From NCBI GenBank assembly GCA_965563795.1, contig CBEXJS010000003.1, positions 1 to 51,108 on the forward strand: a stretch of 51,108 bases of DNA, read 5' to 3'. The DNA comes from an uncultured Thermoplasmatales archaeon (lineage in GTDB: Archaea > Thermoplasmatota > E2 > UBA202 > JdFR-43). How positions within the stretch are numbered: position 1 is the first letter of the stretch; each line of letters starts with the position of its first letter. Made by a program: the position numbers and the translations under genes. This document shows positions 8,557 through 17,051 of the stretch, piece after piece. Under the pieces are notes generated by a model. The model was given only the letters and a program-made list of their open reading frames with translations. It had not been told where the DNA came from and did not search any database.

Positions 8557-10821
8557 ATGAAAAAAATCTACATTATAATGATAAGCATTTTATTAATTTC
8601 AATGTCAGCGGAGCATATAGAATTTAAGTTTTCTTCAATTGAAGAAAAGAGCTATTTAACAGAAAAAGAAGATTTAACAAAATATGTTAATCCTTTCATT
8701 GGTACTGACATTTATTCAAAGCTAGGTGCAATGGGAAGAGCAAATTGTTATCCTGGTGCTGTGGTTCCTTTTGGAATGGTTCAACTTAGCCCTGATACAG
8801 ATATGGATAATTTTGCTGGATATGGCTATGAAGATAAATATATTTTAGGCTTTAGCCATACCCATTTGAGCGGTTGTGGTTGCCCCGGAATGGGAAACAT
8901 TCTTGTTATGCCAATTATTGGCGAAATAAAAATTAAGGAAGAAGATTATAAGTCAGTATTTAGTCATGATGAGGAAGAAGCGACGCCTGGCTATTATATG
9001 GTTATGCTTAAAAGCTATGGAATAAAAGCAGAATTAACAACATCAACGAGAGTTGGTTTCCATAAATATACTTTTCCCGCCAGTTCAAATGCTCATGTTA
9101 TAGTAGATGTTACTCATACTTTAGAGGATGATGAACCAATAGATGCTTTTGTTAAGATTATTGATAATGAAACTATAGTTGGCTATGTAACTATTCCAAA
9201 TCCATTTTGTGGTGGTAAAACACCATATACAACCTATTTTGCAATGAAATTTAGTAAGCCATTTGACGCCTTCGGAACTTGGAATGGAAATACCATTTAT
9301 TATGAAAATTCTTCACAAAAAGGAGTTGATATTGGTGCTTTTGTGAATTACACAACATATGAAGGAGAGATAATAAAAATAAAAGTGGCTATATCTTATG
9401 TAGGCATAGAGCAAGCATTACTTAATTTAAAGGAGATTCCACATTGGGACTTTGAAAAAGTAAAGGAGGAAGCAAAAGAAGCATGGAACAAACTTTTACA
9501 TTTAATAGAAGTGGAAGGAGGGACAGAAAGGCAGAAAACCATATTTTATACAGCTTTGTATCATTGCTTCCTAATGCCCCATATTTTCAATGATATTAAT
9601 GGCTTGTATATTGGTATGGATGATAAAATATACAATGCATCAGACCATATTCAATATGCAACCTTTTCATTGTGGGATACTTTTAGGAGTGAGCATCCCT
9701 TACTCACTCTTTTACTTCCATCTGTGCAAAGAGATATGGTAATATCATTAATAGAATATTACAAACAAGGGGGATGGTTCCCAAAGTGGCCTTTCCTAAA
9801 TAGATATACAAATTGTATGATTGGAGACCACGCTGTTGCGGTTATTGCTGATACATATTTAAAAGGAATAAGAGATTTTGATATAATTACAGCTTATGAA
9901 GGATTACGAAAAAGCGCCTTGACTACACCTCCATCAACACATGATTATGAAGGGAGAGTAGCTCTTCCGTATTATTTGAAATATGGATATGTCCCATATG
10001 ATAAAATATCTCAATCAGTTTCAAGGACTCTAGAATATGCATATGATGATTGGTGTTTAGCCCAATTAGCAAAAGAATTGGGCAAAGAAGATGATTATGA
10101 AATGTTTATGAAGAGGGCAATGTATTATAGGAATGTTTTTGATAACTTTACTAAATTTATGCGTCCTCGCTATTCTTCCGGCTCATGGAAACTCCTTTTC
10201 TTACCATCAAGTTGGAAAGGATTTACAGAAGGAAATGCTTGGACATATACTTGGTTTGTTCCTCATGATATAGATGGGTTGATCAAGCTAATGGGAAAAG
10301 AAATCTTTATAAAAAGATTGGACCATTTCTTTAAAAGATTTTCATACCCTGCTTGGTATATGCCTTTTTCTCATTATTGGCATGGTAATGAGCCAGACCA
10401 ACATGTTCCATATCTTTATAATTATGCTGGTGAGCCATGGAAGACACAATATATAGTTAGGAAAATAATGGCAGAGTTATATGATGATGCGCCTAGCGGA
10501 ATCCCAGGAAATGATGATTGCGGGCAACTTTCTTCATGGTATGTTTTTAGTGCTATGGGCTTTTATCCTGTTTGTCCAGGAAATACAAGCTATCAAATAG
10601 GAAGTCCAATCTTTAGCAAAATAACAATTCATTTAGATGAAAAATATTATGGAGGAAAGGAATTTGTGATAATAGCAAAAAATGTTTCTGAAGAAAACAT
10701 ATATGTAAGATCTATTACTTTAAATGGGGAAGAATTAAATAGAACATGGATTAAACATCTAGAAATTGTAAATGGAGGCACTCTTATTTTAGAAATGAGC
10801 AATATTCCAAGAAGAAATTAA
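8557..10821 (+). CDS. GH92 alpha-1,2-mannosidase family glycoside hydrolase, secreted
   Basis: YVNPFIGT, PFGMVQLSPDT, GFSHTHLSG, WDTFR, SRTLEYAYDD, HGNEP, PGNDDCG; signal-like MKKIYII start. Confidence 0.93.
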   Translation: MKKIYIIMISILLISMSAEHIEFKFSSIEEKSYLTEKEDLTKYVNPFIGTDIYSKLGAMGRANCYPGAVVPFGMVQLSPDTDMDNFAGYGYEDKYILGFSHTHLSGCGCPGMGNILVMPIIGEIKIKEEDYKSVFSHDEEEATPGYYMVMLKSYGIKAELTTSTRVGFHKYTFPASSNAHVIVDVTHTLEDDEPIDAFVKIIDNETIVGYVTIPNPFCGGKTPYTTYFAMKFSKPFDAFGTWNGNTIYYENSSQKGVDIGAFVNYTTYEGEIIKIKVAISYVGIEQALLNLKEIPHWDFEKVKEEAKEAWNKLLHLIEVEGGTERQKTIFYTALYHCFLMPHIFNDINGLYIGMDDKIYNASDHIQYATFSLWDTFRSEHPLLTLLLPSVQRDMVISLIEYYKQGGWFPKWPFLNRYTNCMIGDHAVAVIADTYLKGIRDFDIITAYEGLRKSALTTPPSTHDYEGRVALPYYLKYGYVPYDKISQSVSRTLEYAYDDWCLAQLAKELGKEDDYEMFMKRAMYYRNVFDNFTKFMRPRYSSGSWKLLFLPSSWKGFTEGNAWTYTWFVPHDIDGLIKLMGKEIFIKRLDHFFKRFSYPAWYMPFSHYWHGNEPDQHVPYLYNYAGEPWKTQYIVRKIMAELYDDAPSGIPGNDDCGQLSSWYVFSAMGFYPVCPGNTSYQIGSPIFSKITIHLDEKYYGGKEFVIIAKNVSEENIYVRSITLNGEELNRTWIKHLEIVNGGTLILEMSNIPRRN

Positions 10822-10868
10822 AGATAAGTCTATTTGCATATGGAGAAGGTTATCCTTCATCTGTTTTT

Positions 10869-10966
10869 GGACTCGTTAAAAATTAAATTCGTGATTTCCC
10901 ATGATGGCAAATTTTCTTATGCAATAATAACCAATGGCGCCATTTCTTCTATTGTTCAACAAACCC
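10869..10966. repeat. MITE-like dispersed repeat copy
   Basis: ATGCAATAATAACCAATG..TTCTTCTATT.GTTCAACAAACCC matches the reverse complement of 8391-8492. Confidence 0.7.
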
Positions 10967-11012
10967 CACCTGTTTTCATAAATATTAAAAATATGCTATA
11001 TTTCTCCATAAC

Positions 11013-12452
11013 ATGGAAAAAATAAAATTTCCAGAGCCAGATGATATTTTAAAAGAAAAACCATCGATTAAAAAATATTTTAAGTATTTCCTTTTTTTTG
11101 GTCCTGGTGCAGTCATTGCTTCTGTTACTATTGGGCAAGGACAGTTGATTCTTGGTCCACAAATAGGAGCATTTGCTGGCTATAAATTACTTTGGCTAAT
11201 TACAGTAAGTGCTGGTTCATATTTCCTAGCTTACTTATCTGCTCGCTTTATTTTGCTTTCTGGTATAAGCATGGTTGATTTATTTGCTGTAAAAACTAAA
11301 AAGGGTTTTCTAAATTGGATTTTTATAGCCATAATTCTTATTTTTATCCCTTTATTTGCAGCAACAATTACAACAACATTGGGGAGGTCATTACAATGGA
11401 TTTTTGGTGTAGGTCATTATCTTTTTTGGGGCATTTCATTTAGTATTTTAGCAGCTTTGTTGGTTGTATTGGGAAGATATAGGATTGTTGAATATACCCA
11501 AGCAATTTTTGTTGCTGTTCTTGCTATAGGAGCAATAATCTCTGTAATAATGATAAAGCCAGATTTGCTGGATATAATTCCAAATTTCTTTAAAATTGGC
11601 TATACCCCAAAACAATATCCTCAATGGGTTTTGGATTATTTTGAAAGTGTTGGCGAGAAAGCAAAGCCAATTCCATTAATCATGCTAGGATATGTAGGCA
11701 CATTAACTGTTACAATAATAACTCTCGTTGGCTACACTGGATGGGTAAAAATAAAAAAATGGGGAATTTTTAAAGATAAGGACAATCCTGAAGAATTTTC
11801 AAGAAATCTATTTAACATTTTTAAGAAAGAAGGAAAAATAAGTTATTTGCCAAAAGAAAAGGAGGAAGTAAAGAAAGCAGGTTTACTTCTTAAGCCAATT
11901 GCAATTGATATAACCCTTGCATTCATAATTGTTGCTGTTGTTTCCTCCGCCTATATGATAGCGGGGGCAAATTTATTGCCTCAAATAAAAAAATTGCCAA
12001 CAGATTACCATCTGATAGAAGAGCAGGCAATCATATTTTCGAATATAGCTCCTTGGCTTAAGCCTTTGTATCAGATTAGCGTTTTCTTTGCCTTATTTGG
12101 TACAATATATGCTGGATTTGAAGCGGTTTCAAGGATGCTTTATGAAACAATGTCTGCAGTTAGCAAAAAAATTGAGAGAATACCATACAATAAATTTACT
12201 ATGTATCTCCTCATCTATGTTTTATCTACCGGCATACCTCTTACCATATTAGGAGCAATGGGCCTTTCTATTATTTTAATACTTAGCATTACTTTATTGT
12301 TTATAGGAGTAATTGGAGTAATTATTTATGGGATAGGAGCATTGTATTTGAGCCAGAAAGTATTGCCAAGAGAATATAGGTTAAGTAAGGCTGGCTTGAT
12401 AGCTGGAATAATTTCAATTATCTTGCTCATAATTCCTCTATTGATGCTATGA
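11013..12452 (+). CDS. Nramp-like / APC-superfamily transporter
   Basis: FGPG.V.A...IG.G.LI..P..GA..GY.LLW N-terminal motif; about 11 TM segments. Confidence 0.7.
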   Translation: MEKIKFPEPDDILKEKPSIKKYFKYFLFFGPGAVIASVTIGQGQLILGPQIGAFAGYKLLWLITVSAGSYFLAYLSARFILLSGISMVDLFAVKTKKGFLNWIFIAIILIFIPLFAATITTTLGRSLQWIFGVGHYLFWGISFSILAALLVVLGRYRIVEYTQAIFVAVLAIGAIISVIMIKPDLLDIIPNFFKIGYTPKQYPQWVLDYFESVGEKAKPIPLIMLGYVGTLTVTIITLVGYTGWVKIKKWGIFKDKDNPEEFSRNLFNIFKKEGKISYLPKEKEEVKKAGLLLKPIAIDITLAFIIVAVVSSAYMIAGANLLPQIKKLPTDYHLIEEQAIIFSNIAPWLKPLYQISVFFALFGTIYAGFEAVSRMLYETMSAVSKKIERIPYNKFTMYLLIYVLSTGIPLTILGAMGLSIILILSITLLFIGVIGVIIYGIGALYLSQKVLPREYRLSKAGLIAGIISIILLIIPLLML

Positions 12453-13105
12453 AATGCTTTGCTTTTGACTTCGATGGTGTACTTGTGGATAGCTACTCGT
12501 GTTTGCCATCTGTTTATAAAAAGTTGGCAGAATATTTTGGCATAGAAAATGATGAGTTTGTAAAAGAAGCAATTATGCTAGAAGACAAATACGATGCAAT
12601 GGAAATTTTTGACAAGAGAATATGGTGGAAAGATTTCTTCAAAAAATACGGAATTATGAATGTAAATGAAGCAATGCAAATTTACTGGGATGAAAGAATA
12701 AAAGAAAGCAAGATAATGGAAAATTGTGTGGAAACGTTGAGATGGCTTAAGGGGAAAAGTATTTTAGCTATAGTAGCTGGAGATGATGGTATAAAAAGTA
12801 TGAAAAGGAAAAGAATAGAAAAAAGCAGGTTAGCAGAATTTTTTGAAGAAATTCTGATTGTTAATGAAGATATAAATAGCAAATTAGATGGAATTCTTTA
12901 CTTAATGAAAAAATATGGGCTTAAGGAGAAAGAAATAATTTTTATTGATGATAAACCAATGCCTATAAATCAAGTGAAGAATAAGCTAAAAGATGTTATT
13001 ACAATAAAAATGGAATTTCAGAGTATATTGAAGGAAGCGTGGAAAGGAAAATGTAATGCTGATCTTAAGATAAAGAGTTTGATAGAGCTAAAAAATCTAT
13101 TTTAA
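12449..13105 (+). CDS. HAD-family hydrolase
   Basis: FDFDGVLVD motif I, K motif III, FIDD motif IV. Confidence 0.85.
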   Translation: MKCFAFDFDGVLVDSYSCLPSVYKKLAEYFGIENDEFVKEAIMLEDKYDAMEIFDKRIWWKDFFKKYGIMNVNEAMQIYWDERIKESKIMENCVETLRWLKGKSILAIVAGDDGIKSMKRKRIEKSRLAEFFEEILIVNEDINSKLDGILYLMKKYGLKEKEIIFIDDKPMPINQVKNKLKDVITIKMEFQSILKEAWKGKCNADLKIKSLIELKNLF

Positions 13106-13591
13106 AAATCTTCCATCATCTTTTGATGCTGGGAGCCTATGTATATTTTTTTCGAGCCATCCTATTTTGCAATCCTTTCTTATATCAAATTGAGGAACAT
13201 ATGGTTTGATATCAAGAAGAGGAGTTCCATCTACAATATCAACATCTTTAATGTGAAGTATGTTGTTTTCTCTTCTAATGAGGCGAACTACTGATATACC
13301 TATTGGATTTGGTCTGGCAGGAGCTCTTGTTGCAAAGACACCATGTACATTCTCATCCATATACGGTTTTACTAGCAAGCTATAATGTTTAGATAAGTGG
13401 AAGTGATAAATCAAAATAATATGAGAAAATCCTTCTAAATCCTTTAGTCCCTCTACGTATTCTGAAAAAACCTCAACCATTCCTTTGACGTTTTTAGCGG
13501 CTGTAGGCTGTATAGGCACTCCTTTTGCTTCTTTAAATGGAGAATGAATAGTTCCTATTGGTTTATATTTAATTTCAATCATATTGCTCAT
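13097..13591 (-). CDS. tsaA: tRNA t6A37 N6-methyltransferase TrmO/TsaA family
   Basis: GVFATRAPARPNPIG and DGTPLLDIKPY. Confidence 0.92.
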   Translation of the reverse strand: MSNMIEIKYKPIGTIHSPFKEAKGVPIQPTAAKNVKGMVEVFSEYVEGLKDLEGFSHIILIYHFHLSKHYSLLVKPYMDENVHGVFATRAPARPNPIGISVVRLIRRENNILHIKDVDIVDGTPLLDIKPYVPQFDIRKDCKIGWLEKNIHRLPASKDDGRFLK

Positions 13592-13634
13592 ATGCTTTTC
13601 TACTTAAAGGATTTGTGGAAAGGAAGGACATTAA

Positions 13635-13711
13635 AAAATAAAATGGAATGTGTTATGGCATATCTCCATTAATAGCCAACGCCAATAATTCATTTATTTA
13701 TTCAACACACC
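13635..13711. repeat. Degenerate MITE-like copy
   Basis: AAAATGGAATGTGTTATGGCATATCTCC..AATAGCCAA..TTCAACACACC. Confidence 0.55.
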
Positions 13712-13817
13712 TGCTCCGCCTATAGATGGAGAAATAAAAATTGCTGAAAAAGTGTCTAAAGAAGAGATAAAAGAATTTAAAAAAATTAGTATTATTGCTA
13801 TTGGCATAAAAACTACT

Positions 13818-13889
13818 GCGGGCGTGGTCTAGGGGTTATGACGCGAGCTTCCCAAGCTCGTTGCCCGGGTTCGAATCCCGGCGCCCGCA
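13818..13889 (+). tRNA. tRNA-Gly(CCC); integration target
   Basis: GCGGGCG/CGCCCGC acceptor stem, CGAGC-TTCCCAA-GCTCG anticodon arm, CCGGG-TTCGAAT-CCCGG T arm. Confidence 0.96.
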
Positions 13890-13893
13890 TAAA
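13873..13893 (+). repeat. att site overlapping the tRNA 3' end
   Basis: GAATCCCGGCGCCCGCATAAA, identical to 35861-35881. Confidence 0.93.
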
Positions 13894-13935
13894 TTTACCA
13901 GTAAATTTTATATTCTTCTTTTCTTATTTTAAATC

Positions 13936-14475
13936 ATGGCAAGAAAGAAAGGCAGGGATAAAACCGAGACAATAAAACAGCGTGCCATTTATGTTTATCT
14001 TCCTTCCATTGAAATGGCAGAGGAATGGAAGAAAAGAGCTGAAAAAGCTGGCATATCCATCTCAAAGTTTGTTATAGAACATGTTGAAAATTCTTTGAGG
14101 CAAGAAGAAGGAGAGGATTTTGTTTCTAGAGCTGACTTAATAAAAAGAATAAGGGAACTTGAAAATGAAAATAAGGAACTGCAGAAGAAATACGAGATTT
14201 TATCGAAAGCATATGAAAAGCTGGAGGAAGAGCTGAAGTCATACAGAAGAATGCCATTTTATGAAAAAGAGTATATTGGAGCAAGAGGATATGAGAGGGA
14301 ACTAATAAAATTGTTCAAGAAAAAGAAAACTATAAGGAGTGAGGAACTGCTGGATGAACTCGGAGTATCTCCCCATGACACAGCTGCCATAAAGGCAATA
14401 AACAGGCAGCTGGAAAATCTAGAATTATATGGCTTAATCGAGCCCGTTATGGGGGGATGGAAATGGAAAGGATGA
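13936..14475 (+). CDS. Putative DNA-binding protein (RHH-like N-terminus, coiled coil, wHTH-like C-terminus), coupled to the integrase
   Basis: AIYVYLP..W...A...GISISKFV..VE RHH-like pattern; heptad region; LE.LE.YGLIE..GW end; ATGA overlap with the integrase. Confidence 0.6.
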   Translation: MARKKGRDKTETIKQRAIYVYLPSIEMAEEWKKRAEKAGISISKFVIEHVENSLRQEEGEDFVSRADLIKRIRELENENKELQKKYEILSKAYEKLEEELKSYRRMPFYEKEYIGARGYERELIKLFKKKKTIRSEELLDELGVSPHDTAAIKAINRQLENLELYGLIEPVMGGWKWKG

Positions 14476-15404
14476 TTTTACTTGATGTAAATGAAATATT
14501 AAAGGAATACAGGCAAGATTTAGAAATAATGAACCTAACAGATGAAACTGTAAGAAACTACTACTCAATGGTGAAAATTTTCATTGAATTTATGAGAAGA
14601 AATGGTTATGACATACTCAATGCAGAAAGATTCGCATTCATTCAGTTCCTCCAGTATTTAAAAAATGAAAGAAAAATTTCATTCAAAAGAATAAAGTACT
14701 ATTTCACAGCTTTAGCATCATTCTATGATTTCCTTGTCTATGCTGGTTACATAAACTCAAATCCTATTCCAGCAATAAGAAAAAGGTATCTGAAAAGCTA
14801 TAAAAGAAATGATTCTCCAGCAAAAAGAAAATTGATAAGCGTTGAGGAAATGGCCGCCTTTATTAATTCAATTATGGATCCAAGAGACAAAGCAATAGCA
14901 ATCCTTCTTGCTAAAACAGGAATAAGAAAAGGAGAGCTTATAAGAATAGATGTGGATGATATAAACTGGGAGGAAATGAGCATAACTTTAAAGCCAACAC
15001 CAAAGAGAAGCAACAGAATAGTTTTCTTCGATGCAGAATGTGCAAAAATTCTAAAGAGATGGCTCAGAATAAGAGAAAAGCTGAATGTGAAAACAAAAGC
15101 ATTATTTGTAAATCAATATGGAGGAAGATTGGAAAGAAATGGAGTTTATGAAGCAATTGTGAAATGGGCAAAGAAATTTGGCATATATGATGTAAATTCA
15201 GATAAACTGGAGGATCATTTCAATCCTCACTGCTTCCGCCACTGGTTCACAACAATGTTGCTGAGAAATGGCATGCCAAGAGAATATGTACAGGAACTCA
15301 GAGGAGACGCGAGAAACGAGGCAATAGATATTTATCATCATATTGACAAGGAAGAATTAAGAAAGGCTTATCTAGCTACAATACCAAAGCTGGGTGTGGA
15401 GTGA
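14472..15404 (+). CDS. Tyrosine recombinase / integrase
   Basis: TGIRKGEL (R), HCFRH (HxxR), LRGD variant, DIY (Y); SAM-like N-domain; start taken at the ATGA overlap. Confidence 0.93.
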   Translation: MILLDVNEILKEYRQDLEIMNLTDETVRNYYSMVKIFIEFMRRNGYDILNAERFAFIQFLQYLKNERKISFKRIKYYFTALASFYDFLVYAGYINSNPIPAIRKRYLKSYKRNDSPAKRKLISVEEMAAFINSIMDPRDKAIAILLAKTGIRKGELIRIDVDDINWEEMSITLKPTPKRSNRIVFFDAECAKILKRWLRIREKLNVKTKALFVNQYGGRLERNGVYEAIVKWAKKFGIYDVNSDKLEDHFNPHCFRHWFTTMLLRNGMPREYVQELRGDARNEAIDIYHHIDKEELRKAYLATIPKLGVE

Positions 15405-15466
15405 AAGATCCCTCAGTAAATTAAGAAAGTAGAAACTAATAAAAACCATTTATTAATTTGTCATAA

Positions 15467-17050
15467 ATGGAAGGGGGAAAACATTATCGTGATGTTTTAG
15501 GAGTATATTGGTGTAGAGAATGTAATGTCCCCCTTCTCTCTAAAAACTGCGGTAATTGTGATTCGCAAGGAGAATATGTAGCAATAGATATGAAGCCAGT
15601 TTTTTCAAAAGAAAAGGAAATGTATGAAGAATATTTCAAGTTGAAGCTTCCAGATAATTTGTTTATTTCGAGAAATAGATTAATCTTGGATGGTGCAACT
15701 CTTTGCTCATTCAAAATGGATTTTCATAAAATGAAATTAATACTTATTACTGACAGAAAAAAAGTTTTAAAAAGAATTAAAGAAGCGGAAAATCGAAACA
15801 AAGATGAATTTTGGAAGGATGTTAAAAAAGCAAATGAAACATCATTAAATGAAAAGATTAATGAAGCAATGGAATTTATTGAAAGAGTTTCTCATAAATA
15901 TTCAGATCGATTCAAGGTAATTTCATTTAGTGGAGGAAAAGATAGCGAAGTTACTGCAGATCTTGTTAAAAAAGTACTGGGTAAAGTGCCTTTATTTTTT
16001 GCAGATACCACGCTCGAATATGAAGAGACCATCGAATTCATAAAACGATTTGCTAAGAAATATGGTTTTGAGTTACTCACAGATGAAAATAACGATTTCT
16101 ATCGTAATGAAAATTGCATTTGGGACATGATCAAAGAATTAGGTCCTCCATCAATCCCTTATAGATGGTGTTGTTCAGTATTCAAAGCCTATCCGGTAAA
16201 CTTATTTCATAAAAAAATAAATGAGAAAACACTAGCTTTCGATGGTATAAGAAAATATGAATCCTTTAGAAGAAGGAAATACGAGCAAGTTTCTAGAATT
16301 AAAAAGATCGCAAACCAATTAGCTGCATACCCAATTTTTTACTGGAAAGAATTAGATGTATGGTTTTACATCTTCTTTAACAAAATGATTTATAACCCTT
16401 TGTACGAATATGGTCATAGGAGAGTCGGATGTTGGTTATGTCCAAATGCAAGTCCTTTTAACTGTTTTATTAGGAAAAAAACACATCCAGAAAAATGGGG
16501 ACAATTCGAAAAAGTTTTGTTAAAATATGCTTATGAACATGACAGAGATAAAAATTGGGTTATTGAAAACTACTGGAGATTGCGAAGACCAAAAAAGGAT
16601 AAAGTTCCAAAGGTAAAAAGAGAAGCGAAAGCTAATAACGTATTTTTATACAGGTTTACCTCACCAATTGACGAGCGCGTGTTTGAATTCTTTAAACCTC
16701 TAGGGGAATATCAAGAGAGAATAATCCAGTCTAAAAGCATAGAAGAAAAAGTGATAAAAATTGGGTCGGGCAATCCTATTTGCATTAAAGGTTTCATCGG
16801 GAAAAAAGAAATTATTGTAGAGATAAAGGAAAAAGACGAAATGAAAAATTTCGAAAGGCAATTACTCAAAGCAATAAACTGTGTTGGATGTGGGGGATGC
16901 ATAGGATATTGTCCCAACGGTGCACTGTACATAAAAAATAAGACGTTAATGATCGATGATTCGCGATGCACCAAGTGTAAGAAATGCGTAACAGCACCTT
17001 GTATCTCATTAAATTATAGGATTGAAAAAGCCATAATATTGGGGGGTTAA
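15467..17050 (+). CDS. PAPS-reductase-family (DndC/BrxP-like) protein with N-terminal zinc ribbon and C-terminal 4Fe-4S dicluster domain
   Basis: SFSGGKDS PP-loop, FADT, RWCC, GIRKYES, RVGCWLCP; CRECN..CGNC; CVGCGGCIGYCP..CTKCKKC. Confidence 0.88.
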   Translation: MEGGKHYRDVLGVYWCRECNVPLLSKNCGNCDSQGEYVAIDMKPVFSKEKEMYEEYFKLKLPDNLFISRNRLILDGATLCSFKMDFHKMKLILITDRKKVLKRIKEAENRNKDEFWKDVKKANETSLNEKINEAMEFIERVSHKYSDRFKVISFSGGKDSEVTADLVKKVLGKVPLFFADTTLEYEETIEFIKRFAKKYGFELLTDENNDFYRNENCIWDMIKELGPPSIPYRWCCSVFKAYPVNLFHKKINEKTLAFDGIRKYESFRRRKYEQVSRIKKIANQLAAYPIFYWKELDVWFYIFFNKMIYNPLYEYGHRRVGCWLCPNASPFNCFIRKKTHPEKWGQFEKVLLKYAYEHDRDKNWVIENYWRLRRPKKDKVPKVKREAKANNVFLYRFTSPIDERVFEFFKPLGEYQERIIQSKSIEEKVIKIGSGNPICIKGFIGKKEIIVEIKEKDEMKNFERQLLKAINCVGCGGCIGYCPNGALYIKNKTLMIDDSRCTKCKKCVTAPCISLNYRIEKAIILGG

Positions 17051-17051
17051 G

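Noticed and set aside
15467-17050. Housekeeping sulfate-assimilation cysH
   Set aside because: No sat/cysC/sulfite reductase neighbours; it lies inside a mobile element 1 bp from drmA. Disfavoured, not excluded.
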